Positions 49,544-61,935 of a stretch of DNA of 64,000 nucleotides are shown one piece after another. The stretch lies in contig JBHGNT010000011.1 of NCBI GenBank assembly GCA_043228905.1, positions 9,114,001-9,178,000 of the forward strand. The letters are read 5' to 3'. The translations under genes and the position numbers were made by a program. The stretch's first letter is position 1; each line of letters starts with the position of its first letter. The DNA is from Azolla caroliniana. Taxonomy: Eukaryota; Plantae; Polypodiophyta. The notes beneath the pieces were generated by a model that saw only the letters and a list, made by a program, of their open reading frames with translations, was not told the origin of the DNA and ran no database searches.

Positions 49544-52500
49544 GTGATCTATGAGACTAACCCACGCCTTTTACGACTATGCTTTTGGAATTGCAATGGA
49601 TACCCATGGAATGCGGGATTTGGCATAGAGGAGTTCACCGATGACTTGGATATCACACTTCTTGTTGAAACATGGGAGTGTGATACTCAAAAGATTCAAG
49701 GTTTAGGAAACTATAATGTACACTCTTTGATATGGAAGAAAAATCCAAGACAAAGAAGAGGACAAGGAGGGGTGGCATGTTTGATTAAGAAGGAAATAGA
49801 GAAATATGTGTCAATCATAAAAAATGATGAAAATAAATGTTACATATGGCTCAAAATAGAAACACCTAATGATTTGCCCACTTTTGTAGTTGGATGTTAC
49901 ATTCCTCATCAAGATTCTAACTTTTATGCTTGTTTGGATAAAGATCAACCGTTTGCCAATCTAGAAGACAATATTGCTTATTTCAAATTCAAAGGGGAAG
50001 TTATTGTCTTTAGTGACATGAATGCTCGTACAAGAAGTTTCCAACTTGATTCACAAGAATCTTTCATGCCATATATCTCAAGGATGCAAGAGGATATGCA
50101 AATGTATAATCGCTCTTCTAGCGATGAAAAAGATCCGGACCAATTTGGAAAGTTACTGCTACAAATGTGCAATAGTACCGGATTGCTTATTGCAAATGGT
50201 ATTTCCTTATGGCCCAACACTAATGGTTTTACATATAGAAAACACAACAGAAATAGTGTGATTGATTATGTGCTACTTTCCGAAGGTATTTTGGATTGTA
50301 TACATAAATTCTCACTTGGTGAATGGACACCGGAATCCAATCATAGGCCTTTATGTATTGATCTCAAATGTATGCATAGGTTTGATTGTGAGAAGGCTAT
50401 TGAAGATAATAAACAACCGCACTTGAGCATGAACCTTAAGCGAGCACCCATGTATTCCAAGATGGTTGAGGATATGTTACAAATGACAAAGATACAACAT
50501 GGTGCCACACTAGAATGCAAATGGGAAGCTTTCAAGAAAGTCATTCTCTCTTGTACAAACAAATGTTTTCGACCAACCACACATCTTGGAAATGCACCAA
50601 GAAACTTAGGAAAAAATGGTTTGATAAAGAATGTCGTGAAGCTCGAAAGTGCCGTATGGTTTTGGATGTAGTTAAGGATAAAGAGAATTACCAAAAGCAT
50701 TTGCATGACTATAAAAGGCTTATTCAAATAAAGAGAAGAATATGGGAAGTTACTCAACAATTTATCCAAATGCAAGAGAAAGCACATGCATGTGCTAAAT
50801 TTTGGGGAAATCTAAAGGGGAAACGTTTTGAGAGTTATGGTGACTTAACTCTTCACGACTTGTCTATGCATTGTAAGAATTTATATGAGTTATCTCTTGC
50901 CAAAAAGATGATGTGTTATGGTTCTCTTTCACATATGCCTCCCTTCTTTACAATTGAAGATATATGCATAGGACTTACGAAATTGGCCTCTCGAAAGGCA
51001 AGCGGTCTTCAATGTATAAAGGCTGAAATGCTCAAATGGACGGGAAAGGAAGCACATATACGGATAAGTGATATGTTTAATGATGCATTGCAACATGGTA
51101 TGCCGTACGATTGGACTACAAATTAGATCAAACCTTTACATAAAGGTGGAGATATAAATAATGTAAACAACTATCGAACCATCATGGTTGGCTCATTAAT
51201 GGCAAAACTATTTGGATGTATAATGGAATCAAAGATAAGTGTATGGGCTGAAAAAAGTGGTAAGAGAGCTTATGGACAAGCTGGCTTTCTGAAACACCAT
51301 AGCACCATTGATCACCTTATCACCCTTCAAGTATTAATGGAGGAAAGTCTTCTTAAAGGTAAAGGTTTATATTGTTGCTTTGTAGACTTCAAGAAAGCTT
51401 TTGATATGGTACCTCGTGAGCATCTTTGGAGGCGAATGGAAGAACTTGAGGTGCCAAGTGAATATATGCTTGCAATTTCCCGAATTTATGAGAAGGTTAT
51501 ATGTTGTGTGCTCATGAGAGATAAACTTTCAGATTTTTTCAAAAGCACTATTGGTGTTAAGCAAGGATGCCCACTCTCACCAACACTATTTGGTCTATGC
51601 ATTGGTGAATTGGAAGAAATGGTTACCAAGTTTGCAAAGGAGGAATGTGTTGAAGAAGTTGCCATTGGGAATGTTGTGATTATGCTTTTGCTATATGCAG
51701 ATGATGTAGTGCTTTTTGCAAATACTTTAGGAGATGCACAAAAGCTTATGAAGGCATTGGAAAAAATTTGCATGCATACTAAATTAAGTGTCAATAGCTC
51801 TAAAACAAAGATTATGCTTGTGAAGAGCCAAAAAGAGATAAACCATGCATTATGTACAACAATGAGCCACTTGAATGTGTGGAAAGCTTCAAATATCTTA
51901 GCCTTGAAGTTCCTTCAAATCATAGATGGAATGAATGTGCTACACGCCGCTTAGAGGTGGGTAAGCGAGCATACTATGCATTTGAGAACACATGCAATCT
52001 TGGGGATATTAAGTGTTGGGTCCTCAAGAAATATCTTTTCGACACTTTGGTGACAATGGTTCTTCTCTATGGGGTGGAAGTATGGGGCGGTTGCATCCCT
52101 AAATCTATGTGGAAAGAGTTTGAAAATGTCCAAAAGCATTTTCTTACCAAGTTTTTACAAGTTAAGAAACAAATCCCCTACACCCTCCTCCTCCTTGAGA
52201 CGGGATCGCTTCCCATTGAGATCATGGCCATGGAAAGGGTTGTTGAATACATGCTTAAGGTTCAAAAAAGTCTCGCACATCAACTTCCTAGAATTGCGTG
52301 GGAAGCAAGCAAAAAGATCCAAAAGACGCATAAAAGCAAAATTTTGTGTTCCGTTTGGATGCAAGATATAGAAAAATAGTGTGGTAGATGGGATGCGAGA
52401 CACTTACTTCATGATGCATCATTAGATTCCTCTGTAAATGAGGCATTTTTGCAACGCCAATGTATCATGACATGGGACAAATGTGGAGGCTCACGCTTCA

Positions 52501-52905
52501 CACATTATACTACACATGTTGCACCTAACTACACATGCGGAATGGGAAAATCGTACACATCCATACATGTTAGAGCCCATACCGTTATCTGCCATTCGAA
52601 TCATTGCTTCCATGCGACTTAGCTCACATGCATTGCAATGTGAAACAGGGCATTGGGGCACAAGTGATGAGAGTGGTCGGCTATGCACACTTTGCCCTAA
52701 ACAAGTTCGCGAGTCAAAGTATCACACTTTGATACAATGCTCTACCTTTGATCATATTCGACCACGCTTTCCACATCTCTTCAATCAAGCCCAATCTTTG
52801 CATGAATTCCTCTCACAACCACAATGTGCACTCTCGATTGCAACATTCATTGGTAAAGTTCTTGAACATCGAGAGTCACTACTCACTTTCACATGTATCA
52901 TGTGA
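49544..52905 (+). pseudogene. LINE ORF2 (AP endonuclease, reverse transcriptase, C-terminal CCHC), frameshifted
   Basis: FWNCNG, LVETW, GCYIP, SDMNART, IDYVL, SNHRPL; NYRTIMVG, QAGF, FVDFKKAFD, GVKQGCPLSPTLF, LLYADDVV, FKYL; LSSHALQCETG..CTLC..H..IQC. Confidence 0.93.
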
Positions 52906-54438
52906 AATGTAATATTTTTGGTCTCATAGGTCATATTTGACCTCCGAAGACGATAATATAATCTATCTATCTATCTATCTATCTCCCCTCTTCTCTCGAG
53001 AGTTCTACACCTCCCTTAGTACTAATCCTCATCTTTTAGTATTAATTCCTTCTCTGTCTTAGTATTGTTCTTGACAGTTTGAACTGATTTCAGTCTCCTT
53101 CCTTCTCTTCCTTATCTTCTTACTTCTCGCTCCCTTCATACTAATCTCTTATTCCTCTTTTCTCTCATACTATGGTCACTGTTAGCGCTCAAGAATATAA
53201 ATCCGTTTTCTCGAAGTTGCAATGCTTGAAAGAGAAGTTTCTCGCATTGGAACAAGAAAATCAACGACTATTGGGGGAGCTTCAACAAATCTCCTTAAAG
53301 AAGCAGTAGATGCAACAACAACATGGGGAACTAGCGTTACGTGTGCAACAGCTCGAAGAAACCATAGTAGCGATGCAACAACAAGGACCCAGTACACAAG
53401 CGATTCATAAAGAACCCAAGATCGGCCTTCCCATGAAATTCGATGGAACGTGATCGCAGTTTAGATGATTCTTTAATCAAGTACAATTAGTCATTCAAAT
53501 GCATCCTTCCTGATATCCCACCGATGCATCACGAGTGGGTTTAGTAGGCACATTGTTAAGTGGTTCAACTTTGGCATGGTTCGCTCCACTGTTAGAAAAG
53601 GAATCTCCTTTACTAAACAATTTTGAAGAGTTTTTAAGTGAGTTTAAAGCCTGTTTTGGAGATATTGACAGCATAAAGACAACAATCAACAAAATCCGAC
53701 GGTTACATCAAGGTGATCGTCCGGCCTCCGCATACGCTGTAGATTTCCGCCTACTCGCCTTCGATATCCCCTGGCATGACCGAGCACTAATGGAGCAATT
53801 TCATTATGTTCTACGTAACGATGCCAAGGATTTACTCTTGACAATCCCCGAAGAACCAAAGTCATTGACATAAGCAATCAGTCGCGCGGTGAGATGCGAC
53901 AACCGTCTTTTCGAACGACGTTCGGAATGTCAGTTCTAGATGCCAAGGGCAAGATCAGAGCCCACCTACGCCTTTGTGGTAGCAAAACCTTTTCCAAGGG
54001 AGTCATATAATGCATCTCCAATGAATACTCCAACTCCGATGGAAATTGACGCTACACGTCGTCGCGGACCATTAACGGAAGAAGAAAAGCAGTGACGTCG
54101 AGCAAATCAAGTATGTCTTTATTGTGGTGGACCAGGGCATATTGCAATGAACTGTCCCCATAGGCCAAGAAGACAAGTAAACCAAATAGTTGCTAGTTCT
54201 AATTGTACTAAACCCGAAACTATTTCAGTAGGAATATCTGATAGTCCTAATAGTACTAATAGCCCAAATCTATCGAACAAATTTGATGTCCTTAATCAGT
54301 TAGAAGAAGAGTTAAATGACTAAGTCCAACCAAAATAGGAGCCATTTGGTTGGACAACCCTAGATCTGTGCAACCCATTAGCGGTTCTATTCCCTCTAAG
54401 CAAGTTAGCAATGTGTTCTTAGTCCAAGTAATAGTTAG

Positions 54439-55101
54439 TGACGTGAAATACATGGATTAATCTCCGGCACAACCGAAGCATAGATCACTTGATGACAATC
54501 AAAACACAGACGAAATGGGAATGGAGGTAAGTACACAAAACAGAAAGAGAATACACAGGATATTAACGTGGAAAACCCTGAGAGGGAAAAACCACGGGAG
54601 TCCACAAACTTCAAACTATCACTCTATAAAGTAATACAACAGGGAGGGTTTAGGGTTTAGGGTTTAGGGTTAACAATCTTCGCCTAGCGGCGGTTACAAT
54701 AGAGACATGCTCTATATCGTTCTCTTTGTCTCTCTCTCTGTACAGTCGTTATAGACAAACGACACACATAGAGTTTGTCCTAGGTCATATTTATACTAAT
54801 ATGACTTTCGGCTATTTACAAAATATAGCCCTAGTGGGCTCTCTGGAACATATTTACATATATGTCCCTTCATCCATTGAGAGGTTCTCATCGGGCCTGC
54901 AACATCCGGTTCTCACCGGGTCTTCCTTGCCGGGTACTCGTCATCCGGTTCTCACCGGGTCTTCCGTTGTCGGGTTCTCGTCATCCGGTTCTCATCGGGT
55001 CTTCCATTATCGGGTACTCCACATCCGGTTCCGGCCTCGGCCGAGTTGCTCATCAACACTGTTCTTCTCACTTCCCATCCGGAGGGACCTATTTCCTAAC
55101 A
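54439..55101 (-). mobile_element. Solo LTR (family A) with TSD GTTAG
   Basis: TG...CA termini; GTTAG at 54434-54438 and 55102-55106; inserted between gag and protease of the family E element. Confidence 0.93.
54645..54671 (+). repeat. Plant telomere-type repeat AGGG(TTTAGGG)3TT
   Basis: Read directly from the sequence. Confidence 0.9.
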
Positions 55102-57526
55102 GTTAGTACTAAAAGTACCTCTCCAGTACATGTCTCAACACTCCTAGATTCTGGAGCTAATTCTTGCTTCATGGATAGGAATTTTGCCCAAGCTCATTAG
55201 ATATCCCTAAGAAAACTCTTGTGTCCAGCCTCTGCAGTAGTCATTGATGACCGTCCCATTGCTTCCGGAAATATCATAGAAGAGTCAAAGCCCGTTAATA
55301 TTGTCCTAGATAATTTAGCGTGTGTAGTATCCTTTAATATAATTAGTATCCCAGAACATCCCATTGTTTTGGGATTACCATGGTTCGAATTACATAACCC
55401 AGACATAGATTTGAGAACAAGAGAAATCCGGTATCGACAAACCCGAGGATTTACTCATAAGATTGCAACCATTTCTACATTAGTTGCGTAAGGACGCAAG
55501 GAAGAAATGTTTCTCTTCGCAGTATCAGTAAAACCCTCCAACACCACTAAAGAGGATTCCACCATTCAACTTCCAGAGAAGTATCGTCATTATGCCGATG
55601 TGTTCGATAAAGTACAAGCCAATACACTTCCTCACCATCGACCGTATGATTGCCCCATCAATTTACAACCGGGAAAAGAGCCACCATGGGGACCAATCTA
55701 CAATTTGTCACCAACCGAGCTAGAAGTCCTTCGAGCCTATATAGAGGAGAATTTGGCAAATGGTTTCAGTCGAAATTCAAAATCTCCAACTGGCGCACCC
55801 ATTTTCTTCGTCAAGAAAAAGGATGGATCTCTTCGTCTCGTCGTAGATTACCGTGGCTTGAATAAGGTCACCATCAGGAATAGGTATGCACTTCCCCTTA
55901 TCTCAAGTCTTTTAGAACAGATCAACGGTGCAAGGTTCTTCACAAAGATCGACTTACTAGGAGCATATAACATTGTACGGATCTGATTGGGAGATGAATG
56001 GAAGACCGTGTTTCGCACCAGATATGGGCACTTCGAGTATACGGTCATGCCATTCGGCCTCACTAATGCGCCAACAATCTTCTAGCACAAGGCAAATGAT
56101 ATATTCCAAGATCTCTTGGATGTTTGTTTGATCATCTATTTGGATGATCTACTAGTTTATTTGAAGACCCAAGAATAGCATGATTCCCTTGTACTATTAG
56201 TAATAAAAGGACTTCGAGAACATGGTCTTTATGCAAAGCTGGAAAAATGTAGTTTCGAGTGCAACCAGGTAGAATTTCTGGGTTGTGTTATTTCCTCGGA
56301 AGGCATCTCCATGGATCCAGCTAAGGTCAAAATGATGGTAGATTGGTAGACTCCGTGTTCGTTGCAAGATGTGTAATGCTTTTTAAGCGTTGCCAATTTC
56401 TACCGCAAGTTTATAAAGGATTACTCAAAGCTGGTTCTGCTTGTCACACAACTTACCAAGAAGGGACAATCGCTCGTTAGGTCTGAAGAAACGGACATGG
56501 CTTTTGAGAGTATTAAGAAGGCATTTAATTCAACTTCTATTCTAGCTCATGTTGATTCGGAAAAACCATTCATCATCGAAGTAGACACGTCGGATTTCGC
56601 CTTGGGTAGCATTCTGTCACAACAAGGCGATGATGAAAAGCTACATCCTGTGGCTTTCCACTCATGCAAGTTTGACACCGCCGAAATCAACTATGAAATT
56701 CATGATAAGGAGCTATTAGCAATAGTGGAATCTTTTACGCAATGGAGGCATTTTCTAGAGGGATCTTCTCATCAAGTCACCGTATTTAGTGATCACAAAA
56801 ACCTTGCCTACTTTCAGAATGCTCGTGTGTTAAATCGACGTCAAGCTCGGTGGGCCCAATTCCTCAATCGTTTCAACTTCAAAATTACATATCGTCCGGG
56901 GAAGCAACAAGGGAAGGAAGATACATTATCATGACGCTCGTATCTAGCACAACGTCCTAGCGAGCCAACTTTCGATAACCAAAAGCAAGTAATCCTAGGA
57001 CCGGTATGATTGCAAGCAACGCACATCTTTGGTATGCCCTTGGATTCCCACATTATTGATACCATATGTGAGGACTTGAAGACAGATGCTTTCGCCCAAG
57101 GCATTCTAGCACAAATTTATCTCTCTCAAGCATCTTGTTCACAATCGCAACAACCAAGTACGAACTATAGACAATTCGAATTTCATGATGGATTACTATT
57201 CTTTAAGAAACTCTTGTATGTTCCTAATGGTTCTTGTCGCCTTCGAGTAGTCTAGAACTGTCATGACACATATACAACTTGGCATTTTGGTAGTACTAAA
57301 ACATTAGATTTAGTACAACGATCATTGCGGTGGCCCCATATGCGACTATTTGTCGAAGATTTTGTTCGGACTTGTGATACATGTTACAGAGCAAAAATGT
57401 CAAGGCATCATCCATATGGTTTATTAGAACCATTACCAATTCCAAGCAAGCCGTGGGAATCCATTGATCTAGATTTCATCACAGATCTTCCGGTCTCTAA
57501 GGGATTCAATGTGATCTTAGCAGTAG

Positions 57527-57775
57527 TGTTGGGAAATTGGTCTCTCTGGATGGGATCCGGTAATGAATAAAGAGGACCCAGTGAAAACCGAAAGAGAGCC
57601 GGTGAGAAGCGGAAGAGAATACATATCTGTAAATATGTTTTGAGTAAGCCTATTGAGGCTATATTTGTAAATAGACCTAAGTTCATATAAGTATAAATAT
57701 GACTTAGGGCAATCACTTTAGTGGGTTGTTGTTGATCGTCATTGTTGTTGTAACTGTTGTACAGAGACATATGTC
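57527..57775 (+). mobile_element. Family A LTR fragment at an integrase-core deletion
   Basis: TGTTGGGAAA..CTGGATGGGA..GTAAATA..ATAAATATGACTTAGGGCAA is the reverse complement of family A LTR segments. Confidence 0.75.
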
Positions 57776-58502
57776 CACTCATCGATAAAGGTTACATCAT
57801 TTTATGCTTATACGAGTTGTCACCCCCGGTGTTGTGTATTTGAAACCCCAGAGTAACCCACAAATCCTTGTGCAAAGGATCATTTGGAGTGGTTACGCAA
57901 GATACAAGCGGATTCATCTACTCATCTACAACAAGCTCAACAAACACACAAGGTTTACGTGGATCGTCATCGGCTTCCATCCATTTTTAACATTGGAGAT
58001 CGGGTATGGCTACTATGATGACACATCAAGACTACTTGCCCATGCAAGAAGTTGGATTATCGTCGATTAGGTCATTTCCGTATTATCGAAAAAATTAATG
58101 ATGTCGCTTTTCGTCTCAATCTACCTCCACAACTTCGAATACATCCGGTGTTTCATAGTTCTCTCCTCAAACCCTATTAAGATAGCATCATCCCAGGTTG
58201 TATTAAACAACCTCCACCCCTGATTGAACTTGAAGATGGACCTGAGTACGAGGTTGTTGTCATCCTCGATTACAAGCTCTACTATTTAGTAGATTGGCTA
58301 GGATATAGTCACAACGAATGTACTTGGGTACCAATAAAGAATGTGACCAATGCTCGTGCTCTTCTCTTCTTGAAGACTTCCATCATCAATATCCAGACAA
58401 ACCGGGTCCTCAATCCAAAACGATTCGTGACCCTCGTCGTTTTAAAAGGGAAATACGACTCGTGACCCTCGTCGTTTTAAAAGGGAAATAGTGTCATGAT
58501 AT

Positions 58503-58565
58503 GACAAGACTCGAACTCATGACCTTATGTTAAATGGGTCGAGATCTTGACCATTAGACTATATG
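58503..58565 (-). promoter_or_regulatory. tRNA-derived A-box/B-box cassette inside the family E LTR (second copy ~48063-48125)
   Basis: The minus strand reads TAGTCTAATGGTCAAGAT...AAGGTCATGAGTTCGAGTCTTGT. T8 (58561) to T54 (58515) is 46 nt; the D and T stems can pair. Confidence 0.7.
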
Positions 58566-58787
58566 TTGTAATATAAAAGATATTATTTTCATTTAAGTTT
58601 TACTATAGAAAATTGATGTATATTCCAGATTTCTCTGAAACATTCTAGAAACTTCAGGTGTACTACTGAGAACACTATAAAAGGAGGCACAAGGCATTAT
58701 TTCAAACCAAATCGGTTCAACACCAGTCTTAAGCCTCCTAGCTACTATTGTATATTCTCTTAACATAATATATATCTTTTGTTACCA

Positions 58788-58828
<41 letters not shown>

Positions 58829-59017
58829 TTCTCTCGAGAGTTCTACACCTCCCTTAGTATTAATTCCTTCTTTGTCTTAGTACTGTTCTTGATAGTACTT
58901 CTCTGTCTTAGTATTGTTCCTGACAGAGTCGGCCTTTTATGCAAAACCACCCCAACCAAACCGCACATCCTTCGTTATGTGCCAAGAATGGATACCTTAG
59001 GTTTGAAGAAGAAAGAG

Positions 59018-59450
59018 TGTCACGGACGAGTAGAATAGAGCACAACGAAGACGAGAGTAAGTACTAAGAGAGAGAATAGACAAGAGAAAAGAACAAGAAC
59101 TCAACTTATGTTTTGTAATTGGTGTTATTCACCTTTATTAGAATCAAGGTGCGGCTGAGTATTTATACAAGAAGGTAGAGGGATGCATGCAAGCTAGGAA
59201 TAGAGAATGCATGAGGATGCATGCAAGCAAGGATTAGAGAATGCATGAGGATGTATGCAAGCTAGGAATAGAGAATTCATGAGGATGCATGCAAGCTAGG
59301 AAACTTCCAATGTTCAATCTACAATACATAAAGTTGATTTCATAGAAGAATACATAAATGGATGTACCTTAGTTGGTAGGGTTTCCCAATGGAGACTAAA
59401 AGGCCATGGATTCAATCCCTACCTTCCATCGTGATGTAGCATCTAGTGAT
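59018..59450 (-). mobile_element. Solitary LTR related to family D, with ~35-bp internal tandem repeats
   Basis: TGTCACGGAC start and colinear similarity to 41437-41832; GCATGCAAGCTAGGAATAGAGAATGCATGAGGAT repeats at 59181-59300. The right end is uncertain. Confidence 0.8.
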
Positions 59451-59499
59451 GAGGAGGCACATATGTTTGAAGCTAGAGTTACGCTACAGTCTATAAGAG

Positions 59500-60450
59500 T
59501 CTTTATCTCAAAATGATAAAGAAAAGAGATAACCCCCTTCATGAAGGTAGTTGGCATTCTCATAGAGGCTTAAACCTTAGGCCGTTGTACGTTTCACATT
59601 TGATTTCTTTTTGTATAGAAAGTGGCCAAGTGATGAAACACTCTAAAGTTATCTCCCACCATATGATTGAGATAACTAAATCCTCACCCTTCATTCTTTA
59701 TCCATTAGCCCACAATTATGGGTAGGGTTATGCTTATAATATTGTCACATCATATGACTTGAATAATCACCTCAATAAGCAATTTAGGATCTTCATGAAA
59801 TGTGGTAACTAGACCTTTGACATCATTACAAAGTCCTCACCGAAATTGATCCATGAACTCCTCTTCGTCTAAATGGATGTTACATGCAACAAGGGAAAAA
59901 TCTATTATGTGGCTTGAAGCTACGCAATATTATACAACCTTTGAATCCTATAGACAACGGTTCTTACACTATTCATATCTCTAGAACAAGCTTGAAACTC
60001 TTTAATAAACTCATCAAAATAAAATTATCCAAAATAAGGGATCTTTCTTGAGTAATGGCACAAACCAAGCTAGCATTGTACAATTCCATAGAGTCTCAAC
60101 CAACCCTACTTGTGCTCAATCGACCAAATATTGAATGGGATGCCTTTCTAACACTAGAAGCATTTGGTTTAGAAATCCTTGAAATTATGCAAAAGTACCA
60201 TCAAACTTTGGTGAAAGATACATTCTTTTGGCAAAATCGTGCTCCTAAAACTTGTCATCACAAAGTTACTAGTGCAACTTTAAGTTGGCGAATCTCTAAG
60301 TTAATTCCTTATATTGCTGAGCTTTCTCAACATTCACTTTTTCTAAACCCTCGAGAAGCCTTTGATTCTCCTCCTACAAGGCCATGAACTTGGTTATATA
60401 TATTCTTGTTCAATTAAATACATATTGCTATGGTTACGAGAAGATGGAAT
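59500..60450 (-). pseudogene. Highly degenerate chromovirus gag relic
   Basis: The minus strand reads LAWFVPLLKKD and FDEFIKEFQAC near 59985-60075, matching gag LAWFAPLLEKES..FEEFLSEFKACF. Confidence 0.6.
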
Positions 60451-61935
60451 GAGAGGTTCCTCAAAAATCAAAGTGAAGCATAAGGATTTATTCTTGGTCA
60501 AATTGATAGGGTTGTAGTCAAGAATGAGATTGAGTTGAAGAAAATAATGAGAAGAGGAAAACGAGAGAGAAATAAGAAGAGATTGGAAATGAATTAATAA
60601 TAAGAATAATGATTACAAGAACATGTTGAAGACTAGCATTGAACTGGAATGGTTTATCAATGCTCAAACACATGCTTTTATAACGTGGTTTGGACACAAC
60701 CACACTTGCCTTCTCATAGGCATGCATGATTACCACATAACATTCATGCAAGTATGACAATTGATTATCATGATTAGCCTATATGAGATGGTGACGTTTC
60801 ATAATATCATAATATATTTTTAGTTTTTGAAGTTATAAAAACATGAGGTTTGATATGATCTATCTTAGTGGTTTAGGTTATGTATCTTTTTTTTAAATCA
60901 TGAGTTTTGATGCATGATCATAATAGAAAAGTTGGATAAGAAGTGACCTAATATCCACTTTTCTGCTCAAACTTAGAGAAACTATAAGAAAATCATTAAA
61001 AAATGATGAGAAAAAAAAACATCAGAGAAAGTTAAAGAAGAAGAAGGTAATGGAGAGGTGTCCCAACTACACTCTCTTGCCAAATCCCGAACCCTAATTT
61101 GAAGTTGCTCTCAAGAAGAAACCCAAATATAAACTCCTAAAAAATAATGAATCCTCAAAATAATTGAGCCTCATTTTTTCTCTTCCCTCTACTATTCTAA
61201 TTTCTAATGATGGGGGGATAGAGAAGCCCACCCATCATAATAAATGTCCACCTACCCGTGTCTCATCAAGTATAAAAAAAACATTGATTCCTCGCATTCA
61301 CTCTTGTGCCAATATTCAAAACCTTCACCTTCCCTATATAGCAATAACCTTAATCATTTGGCTATTAACATTTGATTTTTCTATCTACTTTTATTCTTAT
61401 ATTTACATATTTATACTATTTTCATATAAGACACTTTTTCTTCCTTTTCTACCCTTGGATTCACCATGTCAAGACGACACATAAGAAACAACATACAATT
61501 GTGATTCGTCAAGGATTCAAGAAGAAGTAAAGCCGCCAAGTCCACGAGAATATTTGCATGAAGTGAAATGACAAATAATGGACTTGCTAGTTACAAACCA
61601 AAAACATTTAAGGATCATGATGTCTCTTAGGGCAACAATACCCTAAAATGGATTGAGTGAGTGTGTAATCTTATATTATATACATATAACTAGAAGGTTA
61701 AACATATTGATTTCATGTGTTAATTCACTTACTCAATATCCCTATTTCTTTACTCGCTTTATTTATTTTCATGTTCATGCTCTTCAAACATATACAACAT
61801 AAGGAAGTCACTAGTAGATGTATGTTGCCATAGGAAGATCACTAATAAAAATGGAGATGGTACACACATTGGCATCAAGCTATGAATTTTCCATTTGAAT
61901 ACTCCATTTCACATGTTGCTATTGTGTATCCCACA

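Larger units (their letters stand above)
48418..52984 (+). mobile_element. Near full-length LINE (APE-RT type, possibly RTEX-like) with (ATCT)6 tail
   Basis: ORF1 48668-49537, ORF2 49544-52905, 3' stem-loop 52928-52943, (ATCT)6 at 52961-52984; host LTR sequence resumes afterwards. The clade assignment is inference. Confidence 0.93.
48053..58925 (+). mobile_element. Ty3/Gypsy chromovirus (family E), 5' LTR 48053-53076 (split by a LINE), 3' LTR 58492-58925, TSD GAGTC
   Basis: GAGTC at 48048-48052 and 58926-58930. gag LAWFAPLLEKES and CLYCGGPGHIAMNC; protease LLDSGANSCF; [16 protein letters not shown] and YLDDLLV; RH DTSDFALG, NYEIHDKELLAI, DHKNL; integrase; chromodomain EYEV..YLVDWLGY near 58245-58340. 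Confidence 0.95.
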
